Positions 53,804-62,757 of a stretch of 64,000 nt of DNA are shown piece by piece. Position 1 is the first letter of the stretch. The number at the start of each line of letters is the position of its first letter. The stretch is taken from positions 62,001-126,000 of IMG/VR virus record IMGVR_UViG_3300024270_000031; one strand, written 5' to 3'. The stretch comes from an uncultured virus (IMG/VR IMGVR_UViG_3300024270_000031). Taxonomy: Duplodnaviria; Heunggongvirae; Uroviricota; Caudoviricetes. Under the pieces are notes generated by a model. The model was not told the DNA's origin. It was given only the letters and a program-made list of their open reading frames with translations, and made no database searches. The position numbers and the translations under genes were made by a program.

Positions 53804-54467
53804 GAATGAATTTTGGAACGGCTACACGGCTTTTGAGAGAATCTTTTTCGCTTCCTTGATTTTGCTTCAGGTAATTATGTATTTCATCGTCCCTGACACT
53901 GCTATCGGAATTATCTGTGGACTTGCGGGTGTTATCTGTGTCGCTCTCACAGCAAAGGGAAAGATTTCTTCGTATATCTTTAACTTTGTGCAGATGATTA
54001 CTTATATGATTATTTGCTGGGACCTTGCTCTCTATCTTGAGTTTGGCGAACAGGTGTTCTACTTTATTGTTTGTATCTTCGGCGTTTTTATGTGGAAGAA
54101 GAATATGAAGAAGAATGACGACGGTACTGAACAGGTTAAGGCAAAGAAGTTTAAGCTTTGGCAGTGGCTTGGGTCTGTTGGCGTAGTAGCGGTAAGTACT
54201 TTCCTTCTTGGTTATTTCGGTGAAGCCGTTCTCGGAAGCACCCTTCCTTATCTTGATGCTATGACTGTTGCTCTTGCTGTTATTGCCCAGCTTCTTATGA
54301 TTTGGAGATATAGAGAACAGTGGGCGTGCTGGATTCTTATCGATGTAGTAAGTTTGGTTATGTTTATTATTCTCGGTCAGTGGTCTATGGTTGCTATGTA
54401 TATTGCTTGGACTGCTAATGCTTTCTACGGTTGGTATAACTGGACTAAACTTCAGAAGGCCGCGTAA
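53787..54467 (+). CDS. pnuC: Nicotinamide riboside transporter PnuC
   Basis: Multi-TM protein with AKGKISSY, PYLDA, AQLLM.WRY.EQW..W and YGWYNW; coupled to nadR. Confidence 0.88.
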   Translation: MVKWLKNEFWNGYTAFERIFFASLILLQVIMYFIVPDTAIGIICGLAGVICVALTAKGKISSYIFNFVQMITYMIICWDLALYLEFGEQVFYFIVCIFGVFMWKKNMKKNDDGTEQVKAKKFKLWQWLGSVGVVAVSTFLLGYFGEAVLGSTLPYLDAMTVALAVIAQLLMIWRYREQWACWILIDVVSLVMFIILGQWSMVAMYIAWTANAFYGWYNWTKLQKAA

Positions 54468-54525
54468 TTTTAAATAGTTAATATTGTATAATATAATAAA
54501 TTAAATTTGAAAGGATATTTAAAAA

Positions 54526-54915
54526 ATGAAAAAACTTTTTGCACTACTTCTTTGTATTATTGTTCTGGGAACTTGCTGCGTCGGCTTTGCTTCCTGCACT
54601 GCAGCAGACAATGTAAACCACAATCTTTCCCAGGCAGCCGACAATTTCCAATGTCTCAGAAAGATCACGGTTTATAATGCTAGAACAGACCTCATTGTTA
54701 TGGAAATGGAAGGTTATATGAGTCTTTCTAATACATCTACGAGTGAGCTTGTTGTTACTTGTAAGACCGGCGCTGATGAGTACAAAAAGAATTACATCTA
54801 TCTTAATGAATATGTTATCTATGTAGTCGAAGATATTACGGGCACTTCTACTGATCCCTTCCACTATAAGGTACACTTCTATACAGCCCTTCCTGATTTC
54901 GATGTAAATAAGTAA
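54526..54915 (+). CDS. Conserved phage lipoprotein (putative)
   Basis: Signal peptide with lipobox FASC; ADNVNHNLSQAADNF..RKITVYNARTD. Confidence 0.65.
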   Translation: MKKLFALLLCIIVLGTCCVGFASCTAADNVNHNLSQAADNFQCLRKITVYNARTDLIVMEMEGYMSLSNTSTSELVVTCKTGADEYKKNYIYLNEYVIYVVEDITGTSTDPFHYKVHFYTALPDFDVNK

Positions 54916-54926
54916 AAGAATATTAT

Positions 54927-54967
54927 AAAGAACAATATAAAGATTCAGATCTTTGTATTGTTCTTTT
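54927..54967 (+). terminator. Intrinsic terminator
   Basis: AAAGAACAATATAAAGAT...ATCTTTGTATTGTTCTTTT. Confidence 0.8.
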
Positions 54968-55016
54968 CTTTTGCTAAATTATACGTAAGAAAATATCACA
55001 GAAAGGGACAAACCCT

Positions 55017-56171
55017 ATGAAATTAAACGAATGGAAAGATGGTAACGGAAATAAAATTGGACAGGCTTCGTCTGCAACGGCCGCTACTATGACTAAAACA
55101 AATAAAGATAAGTTTATTAGTTTACTTTATTATATAATGAGAAACAGAGGTTCTCAAGTGCTTGATTCTAAAGTGCTAGGTCTTAATGATACTGGCTTTA
55201 CTTACAGAGAATTACGTAAGATACCAACTGGTCAAGAAGAACTAATTGCCGTAGTAATTTTTACCGATGATCGTTGGCACATGAGTATCTATAAAAACGG
55301 TAAATGTGTAGATAACTATGCAGGAGAATCATGGGAGACTTTATTAGAAGCTCTCGAGGGTTATTATAATGTTCCTGTATCTGGTACAAAGGAATATGAT
55401 AAACTATGTGAGTGGCTAGACAGTAAAGGAAATAAAGTAAGTATCTCTTCTTCGACACCCACCACAAGTACTTCTATCAAAAACAATGTTGATCAGACAG
55501 ACAGATATAAAAGTCTAGTGGCACAAATAGATGCTGATGGCATTAGCACTTATACATTAAATGATTTAAATGCTACCGAACTTAATATTACAGTAAACCG
55601 TCCTAATAATAAAACTTTAGATATTAAAATAATCTATGACCCTGCTACTGACACATATACTCTGAGAATGCTTGGACGTGAGCTTAAAGGCTGTGACTAC
55701 AAAAAAGATATTCTGGAATTATTAGTAATAGGAAAAATTATTAAAGATACTAATCTCTGTGAGTCGGCACTTAATGAGTTTGTAGATAAGAATGGAAAAA
55801 AGATAAATTTAAACAATTCTGCTGCACAGACAACTAATAAGACTTCTACTAAAAATTATCCAGACCAAACAGAAAGATATAAAAAGCTTTTAGCCCAAAT
55901 TGACTCAGACGGATTTTGTAAGTATACTATTAATATATTAGATGATAGAATACTTGCTATTACTCTTAATAACGGAGTCGGAGTAAAAATAATTTTTAAA
56001 CCTTATGTTCCTTGCTACTTAGTTCAAGTCGACGGCTATGATAATAACTGTGATACTTTTGAAGATGTTCTAAAGCTTTTAATTATCGAAGGTATTATAG
56101 GAGATACCGACTTATGTGAGTCTACTTCCTTTGCCGACGACTTTAAGATATACGAAGATATGTGGAACTAA
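55017..56171 (+). CDS. Late three-module tandem-repeat protein (candidate processed polyprotein)
   Basis: Modules start LNE-WKDGNGNK, LCE-WLDSKGNK and LNE-FVDKNGKK and end in LCE; C-terminus FKIYEDMWN; late motif at 54972. Confidence 0.75.
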   Translation: MKLNEWKDGNGNKIGQASSATAATMTKTNKDKFISLLYYIMRNRGSQVLDSKVLGLNDTGFTYRELRKIPTGQEELIAVVIFTDDRWHMSIYKNGKCVDNYAGESWETLLEALEGYYNVPVSGTKEYDKLCEWLDSKGNKVSISSSTPTTSTSIKNNVDQTDRYKSLVAQIDADGISTYTLNDLNATELNITVNRPNNKTLDIKIIYDPATDTYTLRMLGRELKGCDYKKDILELLVIGKIIKDTNLCESALNEFVDKNGKKINLNNSAAQTTNKTSTKNYPDQTERYKKLLAQIDSDGFCKYTINILDDRILAITLNNGVGVKIIFKPYVPCYLVQVDGYDNNCDTFEDVLKLLIIEGIIGDTDLCESTSFADDFKIYEDMWN

Positions 56172-56180
56172 TTAAATAAT

Positions 56181-56215
56181 AAAAAGAACGAGTATAAAAA
56201 GTATTCGTTCTTTTT
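56181..56215 (+). terminator. Intrinsic terminator
   Basis: AAAAAGAACGAGTA...TATTCGTTCTTTTT. Confidence 0.75.
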
Positions 56216-56552
56216 CTTTTTCGGCCGACATGAAAAAAAAATAATATGAGTTATATTTCCTTCTTAATCTCATATATAGAATACATATAATAATCCTACT
56301 ATATATAAAATGAGTTATACCTTTTCATATATATAAATAAAACTTCTTTCTTCCTTAAGCCCCCTTATTAAACCATCAAGTTATTAAAATAATAAATAAG
56401 TTAAAAATATTACGCTAAATTAATTGAATGGGAAAAAGGATTGGCATAGTTAGACTCAAATCTAATATAACCTATTTAAATAGCTAACTACTTGCTTCTG
56501 AGGCTTGCTTCCTTGGAAGCTTTTAATCTATATAGAAAGGCAGCAAGAAAAG

Positions 56553-57098
56553 ATGAATATGAATTTTATTAATGCTCTTCATGCTCTTAGCGCTATAGCA
56601 GAGGGCGGAGCGGATTATCAGAAAGAATATCAAGAGTATATAGAAGCACATAAAGAAAGAGTAAAGAAGTTTGCTTCCTGGCTAGAAGAAAATTGTCCTG
56701 AAGTTTTCGAGGGCGTCGACCTCGATGCTTTCCATGAAGTTATTAATGAACACGATGAGTCTAAATTCTCGGAAGAAGAGTTCGAGCCTTACGCTCAGAA
56801 GTGGTATGGCAACGGAGAGAAGACCTTCGAGTATGAGGAAGCATGGAAGCATCACTGGATGAACAATGAGCATCACCCTGAATTCTGGCTGGGAGAAGAC
56901 ATGCCTTATATCTATATTCTTGAGATGCTCTGCGACTGGGGTTCCTTCTCTATAGATAAGGGAGACCTAAAAGAACTTTCTGATTTTTATTATAATAAAG
57001 CTATGGACGACCCGGAGAAGAATCTTTCTGATGCTACTAAAGAAATAATCCAAGATGTTCTTTCTCATATAGAGTCCGCGGCAGAAAGAGAGGAATAA
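56553..57098 (+). CDS. HD-fold metal-binding protein (DUF5662-like)
   Basis: HKERV, HDESKF, HH...NEHHPE and EMLCDW; ATG at 56553. Confidence 0.65.
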   Translation: MNMNFINALHALSAIAEGGADYQKEYQEYIEAHKERVKKFASWLEENCPEVFEGVDLDAFHEVINEHDESKFSEEEFEPYAQKWYGNGEKTFEYEEAWKHHWMNNEHHPEFWLGEDMPYIYILEMLCDWGSFSIDKGDLKELSDFYYNKAMDDPEKNLSDATKEIIQDVLSHIESAAEREE

Positions 57099-57101
57099 CT
57101 T

Positions 57102-58217
57102 ATGGCTGAACCTTTAAAGCTAGAATGTTCAGTAGAATTTGAAGATGAGTGGCGACAGCTTGAGTGCCATTGGGATTATAAAAGATTTTTTACTATTAAG
57201 TGTAAACTTTTTCATGGTGCTGTTTATACTGCCGCGCACACAAAAGTATCCGATGGAGAAAGTCTTGGTTTTGCTAGCGGTAGGGACAAGTTAGAATTTT
57301 ATTATCTCGAAGGTGTCTACCTTCCCATTCTAACTACCTTTAAGGCTGCCACTGTCACTGCTTACAAGACAAAAAGTAAGTTAGAAGTATATAATAATTA
57401 TTATAGAAATGCAACTATATTTGAATGTCGCATACCTTTTGAAAATCTGGACTTAAAAACTTTATGTAAAGCTAACGGCTGCTTTACTGCTAAGGTAAAA
57501 GCCTTCAGCGATACTGGCGCTGTTTATGAAAAAACCTGTTCAATAAATACTGCAGCAGCGAAGCTTCCTTATTATCTTGAGTTCGCCCCAACCATGAGCG
57601 GCGTGGTAGAAGTAAAGAAGGAGACTTCCTATAGAACTAAGTGCTCTTGGACTAAGGCAGAGCCGGCTGCAGACTATTCTCCTGTATATGGCTACTGTGT
57701 AGAGCTTAGATATAGAGCAGGAGAGTCAGGATCTTTTAGTGTGGTAAAAGGACTGACCGCAGTAAAGAAAGATTCAGGCTACTGGCTTGAGAAGTCTGAT
57801 CCTGCTGTTACGGCTTCTATAGAGGCACTCGAGGATGAGCCGCCGATCGAAAGTTATGAAATAGCCGGTAAAGATATTGAAGTCCCTATCTTAGGCGCCG
57901 ATACTACTGAAATTTATTTTAATCCATTAGACCTGGGTATAGAGAGAGATTATCAAATAAAGGTTGCTGTATATCCTTTTACGGTTTATGGACTTTCTGT
58001 AGACTACGAGCCGACAGAGGATGAGATACTAAATAGCTCTTTACTCGCCGGTCCCGGAATTTCTTCTGAGGCACTTAATAAACAACTCGGTTTAGTAAGA
58101 ATCAAAACTTCTAAGGGTTGGGTAGAAGGTCAAGTCTGGGTTAAGACCCCTAATGGCTGGAAGGAGTCCTGTGGTGTGTACACAAAAACTCCTACAGGCT
58201 GGAAAGAATCAATTTAA
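57102..58217 (+). CDS. Late beta-rich protein with C-terminal VxxKTxxGW repeats (possible virion appendage)
   Basis: VRIKTSKGW, VWVKTPNGW and VYTKTPTGW. Confidence 0.55.
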   Translation: MAEPLKLECSVEFEDEWRQLECHWDYKRFFTIKCKLFHGAVYTAAHTKVSDGESLGFASGRDKLEFYYLEGVYLPILTTFKAATVTAYKTKSKLEVYNNYYRNATIFECRIPFENLDLKTLCKANGCFTAKVKAFSDTGAVYEKTCSINTAAAKLPYYLEFAPTMSGVVEVKKETSYRTKCSWTKAEPAADYSPVYGYCVELRYRAGESGSFSVVKGLTAVKKDSGYWLEKSDPAVTASIEALEDEPPIESYEIAGKDIEVPILGADTTEIYFNPLDLGIERDYQIKVAVYPFTVYGLSVDYEPTEDEILNSSLLAGPGISSEALNKQLGLVRIKTSKGWVEGQVWVKTPNGWKESCGVYTKTPTGWKESI

Positions 58218-58224
58218 TAAATTT

Positions 58225-58254
58225 AAGGCCTCTTCACAGGGGCCTTTATTTTTA
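58225..58254 (+). terminator. Intrinsic terminator
   Basis: AAGGCCTCT-TCAC-AGGGGCCTT followed by a T-rich tract. Confidence 0.7.
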
Positions 58255-58790
58255 CAATTTGTTTTGGCGCGTTTTAAGCTACCTATTTCGCGTTTAAGAC
58301 TGCAGACATATAAACACCAGGCCCCCTACCATAAAACTCGATACAGAGAGAATAAGGAGCCCTGTCGTCGATGTTCTAGCCTTACCTACCTGTGCCCGGA
58401 AAATAATTTACAAAAAGTTTGCAAATATTTATTAAACTATTAAATTAATAAATTAATAGCTCGCCTCAATAAATAACATATTTTTCTGAAAATTTTTTAA
58501 TAAATTGATAAATTACTAGATATTATACTGTATATTATTATATATAGATCTATAATAATAAATATTGTTTAGCTCTATAGGCCAACGGCCTAGCGGCTTG
58601 CCGCAATAGCTATATATTTTTCTCAAGATCTAAAATAAAAATAAAAAATATATAAAAAAAATAAATATATCTATTATAGATATATAATATAACGCTGGAG
58701 TATTATATATATAGCGTTAGACGCGTGCGCGCGTGCTAATTATTTTTCATAAAAAATTTATTTTTCGAATTTTAAGGAGTTTGATAGATT
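58255..58790. other. Long non-coding, palindrome-rich and AT-rich region (candidate origin or genome-end region)
   Basis: Largest intergenic gap in the window; several hairpins, (TA)n tracts, CGCGTTT(T)AAG direct repeat and ACGCGTGCGCG. Confidence 0.45.
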
Positions 58791-59096
58791 ATGTGTTCTA
58801 ATACCACCCGTAAATCAGCTAGTTTTAAGTGCCCACATTGTGGTGCTCAATACCTTCCGGGAGAAATTTATATACCTGGTGCCTTGATCGGCCAGCCGGA
58901 AGATTTAGTAAAGGATTCTCTTGGTAAGATCATTTATGAAGACTACCGAGAGGGAAAAGAACCCGACATGATTGAGCATTATATTTGTGATTACTGTGAT
59001 AAACCCTTTGTAGTTGAAGCAACTATTACATATAAGACTATGGCAGAAGCACCAGAGAAGGACTTTTCTACCCAATATGTCTCACTCTTAGACTAA
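58791..59096 (+). CDS. Zn-ribbon protein
   Basis: CPHCG...CDYCD; AAGGAG RBS. Confidence 0.7.
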   Translation: MCSNTTRKSASFKCPHCGAQYLPGEIYIPGALIGQPEDLVKDSLGKIIYEDYREGKEPDMIEHYICDYCDKPFVVEATITYKTMAEAPEKDFSTQYVSLLD

Positions 59097-59287
59097 TTAT
59101 ACATATTTCAGGCTAAATTTAGTGCTAATTTGCACATTTTTGCGTTTTTTAGCACAAATTTAGCCTTTTCCTTACGCGTGCGCGTAAAGGCGTGCGTAAC
59201 TTCCGAAATTACAAAAATCTCATTCTGTAACTTCTGTAATTTCGGTAATCTCATTTATTTCAAATACGTAACTTAGGAGATTTCGTT

Positions 59288-61015
59288 ATGATTAAGATTT
59301 ACGAGATTTCTCCTCCACAGAAAATATCAGGCCTTAGTTCTCTTATAGTCCAATTCGACTATAATGAATACATAGTAGATTCTATTAAGACTATTCCTAC
59401 TGCCCACTACCACAAGAAAGAAAAGGTTTGGGAGCTGCCTGTTTGTTATCTAGGTAGATTACTTGATAGCCTGACTTTCTTGGATGAGATACAACTACGA
59501 TTACTTGATACACCGGAAAACGGTGAATTTCATTTTAATAAAAACTTTGACCTGGAGCCCTTGACCGAAATTGAGAAAGTTTCGTTCAAGATGAAACCAT
59601 TCGAACATCAGCTCGAGGCTATTAACTTTGGGTTAGACAAAGAGAAGTGGCTACTCCTTGACTCTATGGGTCTAGGAAAGACTAACTCTATCATCTGGCT
59701 AGCAGAGACTCTTAAGAGGAGAGGGATAATCGATCACTGTTTCATTATCTGCGGAGTCAACTCCCTAAAGCAGAACTGGAAGAAAGAGATTCAGAAGTTC
59801 TCGACCGAGTCGGCTGTTGTACTAGGAGAGTACACTACTAGAACCGGAACTACTCGCTATAGGTCCATGGACAAGAGAGCTCAGCAACTCAAGGATCCAA
59901 TAGAGGAGTTCTTCGTGATCACTAACTTAGAGTCACTCAGAGACGACCGGATCATCGAAGCTTTCAATAAGTCAGCTAATAAGTTTGGGATGATTGCTTT
60001 CGATGAAGCTCATAAGGCAGCGACTAAAACTTCTCAGCAGGGAACTAACCTACTTAAGCTTGAAGCTCCCTTTAAGATCGCCGCTACCGGAACCCTGATA
60101 ACTAATAATCCCCTCTCGGCCTATGTCCCTCTCTCGTGGACCGGGAATGATAACTCTATTCTGACTAACTATAAATCTCAGTACTGTAATTTCGGAGGTT
60201 TCAAAAACAACCAAGTTATAGGATTCAAGAATCTTGAGGTTCTACAGGAAGTTATTAAGTCGTGTTCACTTAGAAGAACTCTAGACCAAGTTAGATCAGA
60301 CATGCCGCCGAAGACAGTAACCCTGGAACTTCTAGAGCCGGAAGATGATCAGCGTAAGTTCTATGAAGCAATCAAAGAAGGAGTCAAGGAAGAAGCCGAT
60401 AAGATCGAACTTAAGACCTCGAGTCTCCTTGCTCTCACTACTAGACTTAGACAAGCTTCAGCCTGCCCGAGTATCCTGACTACTCAGCCGGTTAGTTCAT
60501 GTAAAGTGGATCGCTGTCTAGAGCTGATCCAAGAACTTACTTCTCAAGGAGAGAAAGTTGTGGTACTCTCTGTCTTTAAAGAAACTCTAAATGAGCTTGC
60601 AGCGAAACTCGGGGAATTTCGTTTTAGTATAAATACTGGAGATATCCCGGATCCGGTAGTCGCTAACAACGTTGCTAGATTCCAGGATGATCCTAAGGAG
60701 CAAGTCTTTATAGGAACTTGGGGTAAAGTCGGAACTGGCTGGACCTTGAACTCTTCTTCTTACCTCATATGTCTAGATACACCTTATACAGCAGCAATGT
60801 TCGACCAGGGCACAGATAGAATCTGGAGAGTTAATAACACTCGACCCGCTTTCATTACTGTGCTCATGTGTAAGGATACAATAGACGAGAGGGTTCAGCA
60901 GATCATAGAGACTAAGAAAGAACTAGGAGAGTATCTCGTAGATGGAGTCGAATTTAATAACACCAATAACTACAAGCTTGACGACGAACTCAGAGCAATC
61001 CTTCGAGATCTCTAA
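59288..61015 (+). CDS. SNF2-family (SF2) helicase with N-terminal HARP-like segment
   Basis: PFEHQ, MGLGKT, FDEAH, ATGT, LTTRLRQ, GTGWTL and QGTDRIWR. Confidence 0.88.
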   Translation: MIKIYEISPPQKISGLSSLIVQFDYNEYIVDSIKTIPTAHYHKKEKVWELPVCYLGRLLDSLTFLDEIQLRLLDTPENGEFHFNKNFDLEPLTEIEKVSFKMKPFEHQLEAINFGLDKEKWLLLDSMGLGKTNSIIWLAETLKRRGIIDHCFIICGVNSLKQNWKKEIQKFSTESAVVLGEYTTRTGTTRYRSMDKRAQQLKDPIEEFFVITNLESLRDDRIIEAFNKSANKFGMIAFDEAHKAATKTSQQGTNLLKLEAPFKIAATGTLITNNPLSAYVPLSWTGNDNSILTNYKSQYCNFGGFKNNQVIGFKNLEVLQEVIKSCSLRRTLDQVRSDMPPKTVTLELLEPEDDQRKFYEAIKEGVKEEADKIELKTSSLLALTTRLRQASACPSILTTQPVSSCKVDRCLELIQELTSQGEKVVVLSVFKETLNELAAKLGEFRFSINTGDIPDPVVANNVARFQDDPKEQVFIGTWGKVGTGWTLNSSSYLICLDTPYTAAMFDQGTDRIWRVNNTRPAFITVLMCKDTIDERVQQIIETKKELGEYLVDGVEFNNTNNYKLDDELRAILRDL

Positions 61016-61409
61016 GGAAGCCAGGGAACTCGGATTAGTAGTTCGCTACGATACTATAGAGTACAGAGGGGAAACTGTGAACTTCCTCTCTGATCCTCCC
61101 GGTCATCAGTGTTTCGCTCAGTGGAGAGGGAAGCTGGTAGATCTAGGATTAAACAATATCTACTACAAAGAAGATATGTGTAAGTTTGTGGATCGAGAAC
61201 TCGACCTTATAACTGACTTCCGTAATTGTCCGGATTTCGCCGGCGCGAAATTAGAGTATTTTCATAACGGCGACTTTAGAGATATTAGACTCTGCTACAA
61301 AGGTCGGATACTTAAAGTCTTCTTAGTCGCCGGCGAAGTGAACGAAACTTTCCTAATTTCGGAATCAACCCGGATTCTTAGAACGCCGGGAATTATTGAC
61401 GAAACTTGA
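60942..61409 (+). CDS. Hypothetical protein (start uncertain)
   Basis: ORF overlapping the helicase end and filling the gap to the next late motif. Confidence 0.55.
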   Translation: MESNLITPITTSLTTNSEQSFEISKEARELGLVVRYDTIEYRGETVNFLSDPPGHQCFAQWRGKLVDLGLNNIYYKEDMCKFVDRELDLITDFRNCPDFAGAKLEYFHNGDFRDIRLCYKGRILKVFLVAGEVNETFLISESTRILRTPGIIDET

Positions 61410-61462
61410 TCAATTTCGTTTGCTAAATTATACGATTGAATTTTTGTAAGGAGAATTACATA

Positions 61463-62644
61463 ATGGTAACATACATTTATTTTGTAAAGTGCCCTAACTG
61501 TGAAGATGAGCACTTTGATTTCTTTGATGATGCTAAAGCTTTCGCAAGAGGTTGCATGAGTAAGAAACCTATTATCACTCAGACTGAGGTAGAGAGAAAT
61601 GACTTTGGTGAGTGTACTGACTCTTCTGATCTCGGAACTATCTGGTCTTGGGAAGATGAGATGGAAGAACCCGAAGCAGAACCTGAAACTAAGTTCTCTA
61701 AAGATGACGTTGTGAGTGACTACGACCCAGACACTGACCCTGAATTCGCAGATGACGATTTTTTTGCTGTTAATGACGACTTATACGAAAGTGCCGAAAT
61801 TTCGTTTACTAATAATGCCGACAGAGATGAGTTTTTTAAGCTTTGTTCCGAAATTGGTATAGTTACAGGTGCGGACCTTAAGAAGTTTATGGATGAGTTT
61901 GGTGCAGATGACAGCAATATTCTTGCTAAGCTTAGAGAGTACAGAGCAGAACTCGGAGATGACTTTAAGATCGAGGAGTGCCAAAGAAAGCCGATTCCTG
62001 AGGGAATGACTATTGAGCAGTTAGTAGAGACCATGCAAGAGAACGAGGACATGGTTGAGTGTGCTGGTTGTGAAGAGCTCTTTCCTAAGGACGAGTGTTT
62101 CCATAAAGATGATATTGGCTGGCTCTGTGGTGATTGCGAAGACAGAATAGTTAAGTGCACTTGGTGCGAAGAACTTTATGATAAAAGTGAGTGTCGTTAT
62201 GAAGTAGACCTTGGATGGCTCTGCAGTAGATGCGAAGCTGCTATTAAGTCGAGAGGTGAAACTCTTACTTTCCGAGAGGGAAACTATTGGGATTTCCTTG
62301 ACGAAGATGTAGAGGAACTTCATGACCTTGGAAATACTTACGATGGTGGTTATCCTGAAACTCGTACTTGGATGTGCTATCTTAATGGTAATGACCTTGG
62401 TACAGTAGAAGCTACTACTGAAGAAGAAGCTTATCTTAAGATGGAACAGACTTGGCCAGAATATAGATACAATAACGAAGATGTCCAGGTAATTCCGGTA
62501 GATGAGCTTGAGGAGAGCACTTCTAAAGTGGATACTCTTGAAGAAGCTACAGATTACAGAAAGCGTTTGACTGCTTGCCCTGAATGTGGCAGTGAGTCAT
62601 ACGATGCTGAAACACGTTTCTGCCTTAAGTGCGGATTTAATTAA
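61463..62644 (+). CDS. Late modular multi-zinc-finger protein
   Basis: CPNC; tandem CxxCEEL...EC....GWLCxxC repeats; C-terminal CPECG...CLKCG; late motif at 61421. Confidence 0.7.
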   Translation: MVTYIYFVKCPNCEDEHFDFFDDAKAFARGCMSKKPIITQTEVERNDFGECTDSSDLGTIWSWEDEMEEPEAEPETKFSKDDVVSDYDPDTDPEFADDDFFAVNDDLYESAEISFTNNADRDEFFKLCSEIGIVTGADLKKFMDEFGADDSNILAKLREYRAELGDDFKIEECQRKPIPEGMTIEQLVETMQENEDMVECAGCEELFPKDECFHKDDIGWLCGDCEDRIVKCTWCEELYDKSECRYEVDLGWLCSRCEAAIKSRGETLTFREGNYWDFLDEDVEELHDLGNTYDGGYPETRTWMCYLNGNDLGTVEATTEEEAYLKMEQTWPEYRYNNEDVQVIPVDELEESTSKVDTLEEATDYRKRLTACPECGSESYDAETRFCLKCGFN

Positions 62645-62757
62645 GTTTAAACTGAATAACTAATAAGTCTCAGGTTAGAAATTCATTTTAATATATCGTA
62701 TATTATGAGAGGACTTAATATACGAAAATAAATAAACTAATAGGATGGTAATTTAAA

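Noticed and set aside
55017..56171. Diversity-generating retroelement target/template repeats
   Set aside because: No reverse transcriptase in the window, and the repeats are diverged at all positions rather than adenine-specific.
58255..58440. tRNA or tmRNA in the large intergenic region
   Set aside because: No cloverleaf or T-loop GTTCRA with acceptor stem recognisable by eye; tRNAscan/ARAGORN would be decisive.
58153..58443. 96-aa + strand ORF
   Set aside because: Overlaps the upstream gene end, runs through a terminator, and has no RBS or typical codon usage.
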